Part shown: positions 57,428-64,000 of the stretch, in pieces
Numbering within the stretch: the stretch's first letter is position 1
Layout: each line of letters begins with the position of its first letter
Source of the DNA: a virus
Taxonomy: Duplodnaviria > Caudoviricetes
Length of the DNA stretch: 64,000 nt
Strand: one strand, 5' to 3'
IMG/VR virus record: IMGVR_UViG_2869455143_000004
Span: 21,318 to 85,317 of that record
Made by a program: the position numbers and the translations under genes
The notes under the pieces: generated by a model
Told to the model about the DNA's origin: nothing
What the model saw: only the letters and a program-made list of their open reading frames with translations
The model's database searches: none

Positions 57428-57452
57428 AAAGACCCGCGCCTGCGGGTCTTTT
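57428..57452. terminator. Bidirectional terminator
   Basis: AAAGACCCGC-GCCT-GCGGGTCTTTT. Confidence 0.8.
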
Positions 57453-57533
57453 ATGACATACCACTACCATCAATGGGCAAGTCTTCTTCAGATAGACACG
57501 AAATAAATTACCTGCAGAATGATAGTTGACCAG

Positions 57534-57842
57534 CTACCCAGCTTGTTTACGGCATTTTGGGCATCGGTTGTCGCAGTAATACGGAAAGCTGTTATCCAGC
57601 TCGTCAACCCAGCGCTTGTGATCGTAGCAGTAGAAAACCTCCCACGGCAGACCATACTCAAACATCCATTCTTGGACTTGCGCTGTCATCGGTATTGGCG
57701 GGATCGTACTCTGGTTGGTGCTGTAGCAATTTAAGCGTTCTTCTGCCTCACGCAGCTGGCGCTCAAGGCTCGCTATTTGCTGACGCATCAGCCGCCGTTC
57801 TCTCAGCATTTTGAAGTAAATGCTCTCGTCAGTGACTGCCAT
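57534..57842 (-). CDS. Coiled-coil plus Zn-finger protein, paralogue B
   Basis: Probable start MAVTDES; PWEVFYCYDHKRWVDEL..SFP...CPKC. Confidence 0.7.
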   Translation of the reverse strand: MAVTDESIYFKMLRERRLMRQQIASLERQLREAEERLNCYSTNQSTIPPIPMTAQVQEWMFEYGLPWEVFYCYDHKRWVDELDNSFPYYCDNRCPKCRKQAG

Positions 57843-58125
57843 CTTCCCCCCTACATCCCGGACACGTCCCGTAGGTATCGTGCGGGAAGCTACTACACAA
57901 CTCATCAAGCCAGCGTTCGTGCTCATAGCACCAAAAAACCTCCCACGGAACCCTGTGCTTTTTCATCAGCGCCATCAGGTTTGTCGGCATATCTGCCGGT
58001 TGGCATTCTTCAGGAAGCAGTTGCCCGGAGAGCTGCCTTTCCATGCGCTGCAGCTGGCGCACAAGTTCTGCATTATCCCTTTCCAGTTGCTCACATTTGG
58101 CCTGGAGTTCAGCTTTAGTTGGCAT
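57829..58125 (-). CDS. Coiled-coil plus Zn-finger protein, paralogue A
   Basis: PWEVFWCYEHERWLDEL..SFP...CPGC. Confidence 0.7.
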   Translation of the reverse strand: MPTKAELQAKCEQLERDNAELVRQLQRMERQLSGQLLPEECQPADMPTNLMALMKKHRVPWEVFWCYEHERWLDELCSSFPHDTYGTCPGCRGEDGSH

Positions 58126-58132
58126 AATTCCC

Positions 58133-58462
58133 CTAAATTACGGGAAGCTCATCAGTCACAGCATTTAATGCGGAGTTGATGAGGAATGTAACGACTCCCA
58201 TGACTGTTACATCATCAAGAGCATCCCCTTCAATGGCTTCGCCGTCGTCGGTTATCAACGCTTTCCCCATTACACGTGCAAAGTGAGTACGACCGCAGAA
58301 TGAGATCAGCACCAGGTTGCTCTGTTTTGGCTTAAATGAGCGGTTAACAACGGCGTAGCCGGTCGATGTTTGTATGGTCAAACAGTTAGCATCGTTATGG
58401 CAGATATCGTCTACGGTAAGACGGCGTTCGACATAATCGTTTGCTGGTGATGGAAAGCCCAC
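58133..58462 (-). CDS. humD: HumD-like (pre-cleaved UmuD'-like) protein
   Basis: Probable GTG start giving MGFPSPANDYVE after GAGG; ends DELPVI like P1 HumD; no recognisable S24 catalytic Ser. Confidence 0.75.
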   Translation of the reverse strand: MGFPSPANDYVERRLTVDDICHNDANCLTIQTSTGYAVVNRSFKPKQSNLVLISFCGRTHFARVMGKALITDDGEAIEGDALDDVTVMGVVTFLINSALNAVTDELPVI

Positions 58463-58482
58463 GGGAATACCTCGCACAATAA

Positions 58483-58502
58483 TACTGGTTTTATATACAG
58501 TA
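58483..58502. promoter_or_regulatory. LexA (SOS) box
   Basis: TACTG-GTTTTATATA-CAGTA, a perfect CTG-N10-CAG site just upstream of the humD RBS. Confidence 0.88.
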
Positions 58503-58533
58503 TTACTGTGCAGGGGCATGGTGTCAATTCCGG

Positions 58534-58830
58534 TTACATACGATATTTCTCGGTAATGTGCTCTATGGTGCGATCAATGACGTGTACAAGGCATTTTGCG
58601 TCCAGTGTATCAGCTAACTGAGGGTTGCCGTTCTTTACCTCATACTGAAGCGGTGCTTTGACAATATTCAGTACATCGAGCGCGCGCTGAGGATCGTCCT
58701 CATGAATCATCAGCTCCGCCAGCTCCAGCTGTTGCGCCGCGATCAGGTCGGTAATTTCCTGCTGGTGGCCCACCAGCATTTGCTGCAGCCGGTGCGCATG
58801 ACGTGCCAGCAATTCTTCACGCTTACTCAC
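58534..58830 (-). CDS. Hypothetical protein
   Basis: 98 aa helical ORF in the minus-strand accessory operon. Confidence 0.6.
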   Translation of the reverse strand: MSKREELLARHAHRLQQMLVGHQQEITDLIAAQQLELAELMIHEDDPQRALDVLNIVKAPLQYEVKNGNPQLADTLDAKCLVHVIDRTIEHITEKYRM

Positions 58831-59189
58831 AAATTAATCTCCACATATTCCTTGCAACAGCATTTTGCCCATTCAGAGTCTGCACTCATTTCCCAGGTAA
58901 TGTATTCCCCCCACAAACTGAAGCGCGTGATAGGCCACAGATAGATAAAACCGTCCTGATTTTCTGCCTGTCGCCACGGCTTGTCTTGCGAGGTATAGGC
59001 ATAGTGGCCTGTACGACCGCACCAGCTCGCGAAGAATGCCTCTGGTGAGAAAACTAGATCGTAGAATCGACCAAGTTCCTCAGACCCACGTGGCGGCGTT
59101 CGGAACTTTACCCCTTTCCGCTGCGGGGGAATAAACGCCGGTCCTTTAACTTCGACCGCCTCAACACCTGGGATGAAAAACTTAGCCAT
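58827..59189 (-). CDS. Hypothetical protein
   Basis: Probable start MAKFFIPG, coupled to the upstream gene. Confidence 0.55.
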   Translation of the reverse strand: MAKFFIPGVEAVEVKGPAFIPPQRKGVKFRTPPRGSEELGRFYDLVFSPEAFFASWCGRTGHYAYTSQDKPWRQAENQDGFIYLWPITRFSLWGEYITWEMSADSEWAKCCCKEYVEINL

Positions 59190-59979
59190 CTTGTTTATCC
59201 TCCCCACAACCTTCTTTCTGAGGCTCTGCCAGAAAAGCAAGGCACAAACTGGCCCAGGTATCTTTAGCGTAATCTGATGCCTCGATATCCTTGCGTGAAG
59301 TGACGCGCCATTGTCCATTCTCGTTCAACCGTCGGAATATTTTGGTACCGACATTTTCGATCTCAGGTACGTGTTTAAGGTAAAGACGGCACTGCAGTAA
59401 CGCCTCCCCTGCAGCTATGTTGGCATAGGCCCATGGATTAAAATAACGCGTCGAACGCAACCCTTCGGCTTCAGGTCTTGCCATAGATACGCGCTGCGGT
59501 TTCACTCCTGACCTCTCCAGTGCCTCAGCTAAATGTCTGCCCAGCCCCTCTTCAGCAATAACAACATGCCAGACATTTTGTTTTATTCGGGACAGTACCT
59601 CTTCTTCGGTCAGATGCTCACCAATATCAACCGCAATAAAGCGTCTTTCGTTCATTTCTCCTGATACGCGGAAAAGAGAAAAATTGATACCTGAAAGGCG
59701 ACTGCTATAGCTACAGCAAGCTACCAGCTGTGAATTAGTCCATTCAAAATTGACCACTGCTGTATTGCTCTGCTTTGCCTCGTTAAGTTCAGTTTCGGTG
59801 TATAACGGCATCCATAAATTATCTGAGCCGCAAGGTACCACTCCACTATTTAGTAATGTACTGCTTAATTTTGCTCTCAGTTGCTGTGTATTCTGGTATT
59901 TAATTGCTGTATCAAATAGTGCGTTTACCAGGTCCCGATAAAGATGCGGTGGTAATGGGTATAAGTCTGAGTTAGGCAT
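59182..59979 (-). CDS. Stand-alone paralogue of the PacB terminase nuclease domain, with a short N-terminal accessory module
   Basis: Colinear blocks shared with PacB in this window (VSG...RRF, EG.G...A..LER.GV, AYANIAA, K....NE.G, D.W). Catalytic Asp residues substituted. Confidence 0.85.
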   Translation of the reverse strand: MPNSDLYPLPPHLYRDLVNALFDTAIKYQNTQQLRAKLSSTLLNSGVVPCGSDNLWMPLYTETELNEAKQSNTAVVNFEWTNSQLVACCSYSSRLSGINFSLFRVSGEMNERRFIAVDIGEHLTEEEVLSRIKQNVWHVVIAEEGLGRHLAEALERSGVKPQRVSMARPEAEGLRSTRYFNPWAYANIAAGEALLQCRLYLKHVPEIENVGTKIFRRLNENGQWRVTSRKDIEASDYAKDTWASLCLAFLAEPQKEGCGEDKQDG

Positions 59980-60280
59980 TGATATTCACCTTAATTGCAA
60001 ACACCTTCACCGGCTCGGCACCAAAGTGAGGATGAGTTATTGTCTCTATGTCATAGCCGTCATACGGAACAACTATGCGCCGATCCGCGTCGTCTTTGCG
60101 TGGATAGCCCCTGGTAATAATCAGGCGGTCATATGAGCGGCCTACCAGCCGCTTAGTCCAATATTCAGTACACAAACGGTACTCTTTGGGTTTTTCTCCA
60201 CGCTTCATAGCGTCAAAATATTCGCCTTTCACTGCCAGGTGGAGATCAGCCATTCTTTTTATTCCGGTTATATGTAGCAC
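59972..60280 (-). CDS. ASCH-domain protein
   Basis: LAVKGEYFDAMKRGEKPKEYR (ASCH GxKxxExR motif). Confidence 0.8.
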   Translation of the reverse strand: MLHITGIKRMADLHLAVKGEYFDAMKRGEKPKEYRLCTEYWTKRLVGRSYDRLIITRGYPRKDDADRRIVVPYDGYDIETITHPHFGAEPVKVFAIKVNINA

Positions 60281-60479
60281 GTACCAGGCGAATAATTTTT
60301 TCTATTACAATCCAGAAAAACAGTATTGGGGTAATTACAACCCACAATAAACCGAATACAAAAGCTTCACGTGGGTTTCTTTCAAGGCCGCATTCGTCAT
60401 CGCGTTTTAGCGAATAGAAATACATGACAGCAAATCCCAGCAGGTAAACAATCAGAGAAGTTAAAGAATCATTATCCAT
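60246..60479 (-). CDS. Small membrane protein
   Basis: Two hydrophobic helices, 77 aa. Confidence 0.6.
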   Translation of the reverse strand: MDNDSLTSLIVYLLGFAVMYFYSLKRDDECGLERNPREAFVFGLLWVVITPILFFWIVIEKIIRLVRATYNRNKKNG

Positions 60480-60483
60480 TAGT

Positions 60484-60690
60484 TTATTTCCGGCATCCTA
60501 AGGTCGTTGTTTTTAATTCCAGTTCCGCCTTACGGTGTTCCTGAAGTTCATCAAGCGCGTAGCAAATATCAGCAATCTCACGACTGCAAAGCATATGGTG
60601 GCTGTAATTTCTAATATGCTTTAACTCGTTAATGCGCTCGTCTGTTATATGGTCACTGTTTGCTGCTAGTTGCAGGTTCGCCACCAGCAA
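60484..60690 (-). CDS. Small Eaa/Ead-like protein
   Basis: ITDERINEL and ALDELQEHRKA patterns. Confidence 0.45.
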   Translation of the reverse strand: MLVANLQLAANSDHITDERINELKHIRNYSHHMLCSREIADICYALDELQEHRKAELELKTTTLGCRK

Positions 60691-61495
60691 TCTCCTTATC
60701 CATGTGTTTTAGTAAATTCTCGTACCCTCCGAACTCTTCAATCATGAAGCCAAAGCGATTAAACATCGCATTTAGCAAACGGATTCCGCGTGGTTTCAGG
60801 CGAGGTGTTTCGCCCAAGTGAGCGAGATATCCACTTTCGTTGGGTTTATCAAGAATTAGAAGTTTCGCGTATAAATACTGTCGGTAAGCCAATGTCCGAC
60901 GCTCTGCAAAGTATTCATCTACAAAACAAGCGATCGTCTGGCAACTAAGCATTATGTCGCCATTCTCATGGCGAAATACCGGACGACGATGTAAAGACAC
61001 CAAATGGACTAAATAGGATTCACTCAGCCACATTAAGGCAGGCGATGGCTGAGTCTGGCTTTTATTCAGTGAATATTCAGCCAATTTAGCATCCACATCT
61101 AGCTCTTCTTTGAGGATATTGAGATGCGTTTCTTCCACACTGAATTTAGGTACAGGGCGAAGCTCACCGCATATCATACGGTGCTCATAACCAATGATTT
61201 CAGGAGATTGTTCTACCGGCGCTGGTGGCTCGGCGTATACAATACGGATCGGTGAACCATGATCACGATGGTCTTCATAACGCTCTTTGGTTACATCTCT
61301 CCATTGCTGACCATATTGAACCTGATAAATAGGGGTGGCATGCGACGATGCCAGCGCAATACGCGCCAGTTCAAGGACTACACCAGGCGGTGCCAGCTTT
61401 TCGAACTCAAGCCAGTAATTTGGATCAGGATGGCACGTTGCCTCACCTGCAAAAAAAATAATCTGCTCCAGTTGTTCTCTGGTAATAGTGGTCAT
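60653..61495 (-). CDS. Ead/Ea22-like modular protein
   Basis: MTTITREQLEQ, VLELARIALAS, WRDVTKERY and RIVYAEPPAP modules. Confidence 0.7.
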   Translation of the reverse strand: MTTITREQLEQIIFFAGEATCHPDPNYWLEFEKLAPPGVVLELARIALASSHATPIYQVQYGQQWRDVTKERYEDHRDHGSPIRIVYAEPPAPVEQSPEIIGYEHRMICGELRPVPKFSVEETHLNILKEELDVDAKLAEYSLNKSQTQPSPALMWLSESYLVHLVSLHRRPVFRHENGDIMLSCQTIACFVDEYFAERRTLAYRQYLYAKLLILDKPNESGYLAHLGETPRLKPRGIRLLNAMFNRFGFMIEEFGGYENLLKHMDKEIAGGEPATSSKQ

Positions 61496-62454
61496 TTTGC
61501 ATCCCCTTTAATCATGGCGGCGCGGCTGTTCCATACTGATTTCAAATTTTCTTTAAATCCAAATTCAACATGGGATGAAGCCCCACATTCAGTACAGGTA
61601 ATAACATCGCCACCAAAATGCGGATCGTTATCTTGCTCAATGGTGAGTTGACGCGCTTTACCGCCACAAAATGGGCATGGAATAAGCCCATTTTCTGAAT
61701 CCGGCATTACTGGCGCTGGCGGTATACCAGCATTTGGGTGCAATGCCCGGATCCCCTCAGCTATCTCTGCTAACGTGTCGGAATATTCACGCTGCGCGTC
61801 GTTGCCAAACTCAAATGAACCAGTGTCATTGTCACGGCGACCGTGTTCGTTGTCGTAGGATTCGCGTTGCTGGTCTACCCAATTAGCTGCGGCTTCTATG
61901 CCATCACGGTAGAACGAGACTGTAGGCACCTTGTCAGTCTCGCTTACAGATTTGGCGGTAGGCGTGTTCTTGTGGTTGTTCCATGAGCCTACTTCATCAT
62001 CAACTTTGCCCTGAAGCATGGCGGCGCGGCGGATTTCGCTCTCCAGTTCTTCAGCCCAATCCTGCCACTCTTCCGGTAATCCGTTTTTACTGCTGGCTAC
62101 GTGATTTGCCAGTTTATAGAGTTCATCATTCACTACCGGCGCTGGCGGTGCGGTGTAGAGAATGCGTACTTCACAATCCGTCTTTTTAGCGAATCCGTCG
62201 TACTGTGCTTTGGTGCAGTCATCCCAAAGGCTCCCCTCTTCATAACGCTCACGCCATTGGTAAATAGGATCAGAGCTATCAGCATCGCGACGTTGCTGCA
62301 GCTCCACCAGCGCAATGAGCGTAAGGGACTGAATGGCATGTTGAACTTTATTCCCCTCGCTGGCGTGGTGATCTACGCCACTTTTGCGTATCTCTATCAG
62401 ATCCGTTAGGGCTTCATCGTCCAAGCTATCCGGCGTAATTGGCTGTAGTTCCAT
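61492..62454 (-). CDS. Ead/Ea22-like modular protein with a C-terminal Lar-like Zn-ribbon
   Basis: RILYTAPPAP module; LIPCPFCGG...ITCTECGA...WNSRA. Confidence 0.72.
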   Translation of the reverse strand: MELQPITPDSLDDEALTDLIEIRKSGVDHHASEGNKVQHAIQSLTLIALVELQQRRDADSSDPIYQWRERYEEGSLWDDCTKAQYDGFAKKTDCEVRILYTAPPAPVVNDELYKLANHVASSKNGLPEEWQDWAEELESEIRRAAMLQGKVDDEVGSWNNHKNTPTAKSVSETDKVPTVSFYRDGIEAAANWVDQQRESYDNEHGRRDNDTGSFEFGNDAQREYSDTLAEIAEGIRALHPNAGIPPAPVMPDSENGLIPCPFCGGKARQLTIEQDNDPHFGGDVITCTECGASSHVEFGFKENLKSVWNSRAAMIKGDAK

Positions 62455-62744
62455 TATTTATCCTCCTGCAGTTGAGGCCCATACACCGGAAACATGCGCA
62501 CAATATTCACTTTTGAGAACGGGAAAAGCTCGTCATATGGATAGTTTACCGGTAGTGAATCTTCGTTAACCCACATAAGTGGCTCGGCTGTTAGAGCTGT
62601 CAGTGTGATTTCAGCCAGGCGAAGATGAATTCTTGCAATCTCAGAGTTGCCTGGTAATCGGGTTACGGCCCCCTTCAGCACTTCAATATTTTTTCGCGCC
62701 TGTTCAATTAACTGCTCTTTGGTGAATGTGGTCATGCTGCCCAT
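62454..62744 (-). CDS. Eaa-like small protein
   Basis: MTTFTKEQLIEQA and LAEITLTALTAEP. Confidence 0.65.
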   Translation of the reverse strand: MGSMTTFTKEQLIEQARKNIEVLKGAVTRLPGNSEIARIHLRLAEITLTALTAEPLMWVNEDSLPVNYPYDELFPFSKVNIVRMFPVYGPQLQEDK

Positions 62745-63058
62745 CCTCTGCGTTGATGGCCCAGCGCGTAACGCGCTTCTATCGGGTCTTCTTCTTCGTA
62801 TTCACAATTGACGCTTTTAACCATTGCCATACAGCACTCGTTGCAACACCGATATGACATGAGTTCGCCGTCGAATTTCCACGTCGTACTACGATGGTTT
62901 TCACCCTTCAAAATTTCGCCAGCGCAAATGTGGCATTTGTATTCACCGCGAGAGGTAACAATTTTGTTCGATAGTTCGGTATCGCATGGCGTACCGAAAT
63001 CACCTTCGAAAAGGTCAAAGTCCAGTGCGTCGTCTAATTCCTGTTTGTTAGTTGTCAT
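62732..63058 (-). CDS. Zn-finger hypothetical protein
   Basis: YKCHICAGEI..GE and RCCNECC. Confidence 0.65.
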   Translation of the reverse strand: MTTNKQELDDALDFDLFEGDFGTPCDTELSNKIVTSRGEYKCHICAGEILKGENHRSTTWKFDGELMSYRCCNECCMAMVKSVNCEYEEEDPIEARYALGHQRRGWAA

Positions 63059-63285
63059 GATTTACCCCATGATTTTGGTTTCTTATGTCCAGGAGCCAGC
63101 GCATGCATCTTGTTTCGGCTTAGTTTCCAGCCATAGCTACGTATCAGCGCGGCACATTCTGCGTAAGTCTCTCCGGCTGCGCTGGTCATTTCTTGACGAC
63201 ACCAACGCCCAACGGGGGCAATATTGGTTACGCATTGTTCGCAGTCGCAATAAGCATCAATTGAGTATCCTGATGTAATTGCCAT
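63055..63285 (-). CDS. Small Zn-binding hypothetical protein
   Basis: YCDCEQC and GW.L motifs. Confidence 0.6.
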   Translation of the reverse strand: MAITSGYSIDAYCDCEQCVTNIAPVGRWCRQEMTSAAGETYAECAALIRSYGWKLSRNKMHALAPGHKKPKSWGKS

Positions 63286-63286
63286 A

Positions 63287-63976
63287 TCAATCCCCCTTCA
63301 CGACAATGCCAGCGTCTGGAGCGTGGCAATAATGTGAGCCGTCCGGCCTGTGTGTCAGGTCTATCTCACGGTCACAGCGCTTACAAAATGCGACTGGCTT
63401 TCCGCCCGCCTCCACAATAGCGGCGATAACCTCCAACTCATCAACTGCCAGCGGCGCATCAATATCGCCGTCTGGATAGAATGACTCTGGCATTTCAACT
63501 TTGAATTCCCGCGCCTCCAGGTGTTCGATATATTCCCTGAGAACATCTGCCCTGTGCTTACCCAGTGGGCGCACAACGGCAAAACGTTTATCGTGCTGTA
63601 CCCACTCCGTTTTATCGTTCTGCTCTGTAAATGCGGCTCGGTAACGCTCCAGTTCTGCTATGCGCTGGCGTAATGCTGCAATTTCCATCTCGGCGGCGTC
63701 AGCATAATGGACGTTTGCATGCTCTTTCAGGTGGTTGCAGGCCATCATGAAGCCGCGATGATGCTCACGATTAGCTCGGCAAATGCCCTCTTCAATACGC
63801 TTCTCTGCGTCCTCCAGAGCGCCAGTAATCACCTCAAATTCATCCCAGCGAATAATTGGCGCGTAAACGTCACCAGAGCCGCGCTTCAGCCTGATATCTG
63901 AAATAATCGCCTGAGCCTGTTTATCAGTCATTCCAGGCCTCCAGCTCGTTCTGGATTTCCTCGTCGATCTCGTCAT
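63287..63976 (-). CDS. Ead/Ea22-like protein (true start uncertain at the window edge)
   Basis: ALEDAEKRIEE and ALRQRIAELE modules; C-terminal CKRC...CH. Confidence 0.65.
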   Translation of the reverse strand: MTRSTRKSRTSWRPGMTDKQAQAIISDIRLKRGSGDVYAPIIRWDEFEVITGALEDAEKRIEEGICRANREHHRGFMMACNHLKEHANVHYADAAEMEIAALRQRIAELERYRAAFTEQNDKTEWVQHDKRFAVVRPLGKHRADVLREYIEHLEAREFKVEMPESFYPDGDIDAPLAVDELEVIAAIVEAGGKPVAFCKRCDREIDLTHRPDGSHYCHAPDAGIVVKGD

Positions 63977-64000
63977 TGGTGGCGTCTTCGTTTAGATAGT

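Noticed and set aside
58463-58519. ORF-track start of the UmuD-like gene (MPLHSNTVYK...)
   Set aside because: This stretch contains the LexA box and RBS; the GTG at 58462 gives the HumD-like start.
1-64000. tRNA genes (P1 carries several) and IS elements
   Set aside because: No cloverleaf with a T-loop consensus, and no transposase or terminal inverted repeats were recognised by eye. tRNAscan-SE and ISEScan would be needed to exclude them formally.

Overview
The whole window is about 64 kb of a P1/D6-like (Punavirus-type) temperate phage-plasmid of an enterobacterium. Gene order largely follows P1 but is rearranged. From left to right it carries: a three-cassette invertible tail-fibre locus with a Cin-type invertase; lydAB; the hdf-darA-ddrA-ddrB-hxr antirestriction operon; a CHAP-type endolysin; a RepL-like gene; pro/prt; darB-ulx-lxc; an lpa-like activator; an inserted ParMR module; a TGATCA cluster and pacAB; c1; a rox-like site and a Dre/Cre recombinase; accessory genes; ref; tail/baseplate genes interrupted by higBA; rdgC-dmt; a second (type Ib) partition pair; PAAR and spanin genes; a RepFIB-type replicon with iterons; an SOS-boxed humD operon; and an Ea22-like accessory cluster. 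All family assignments come from motif recognition and recalled reference proteins, not database searches. The most interesting observations are (1) a stand-alone paralogue of the phage's own terminase nuclease domain with altered catalytic residues, (2) a Dre-like recombinase with a new rox-like 32-bp site, (3) two regulatory motifs read de novo, a 9-site late-promoter motif and a 10-site repressor-operator motif, (4) two unannotated tandem Fst/Ldr-like peptides behind a structured leader, (5) a pseudo-dUTPase, and (6) the three-way tail-fibre switch.
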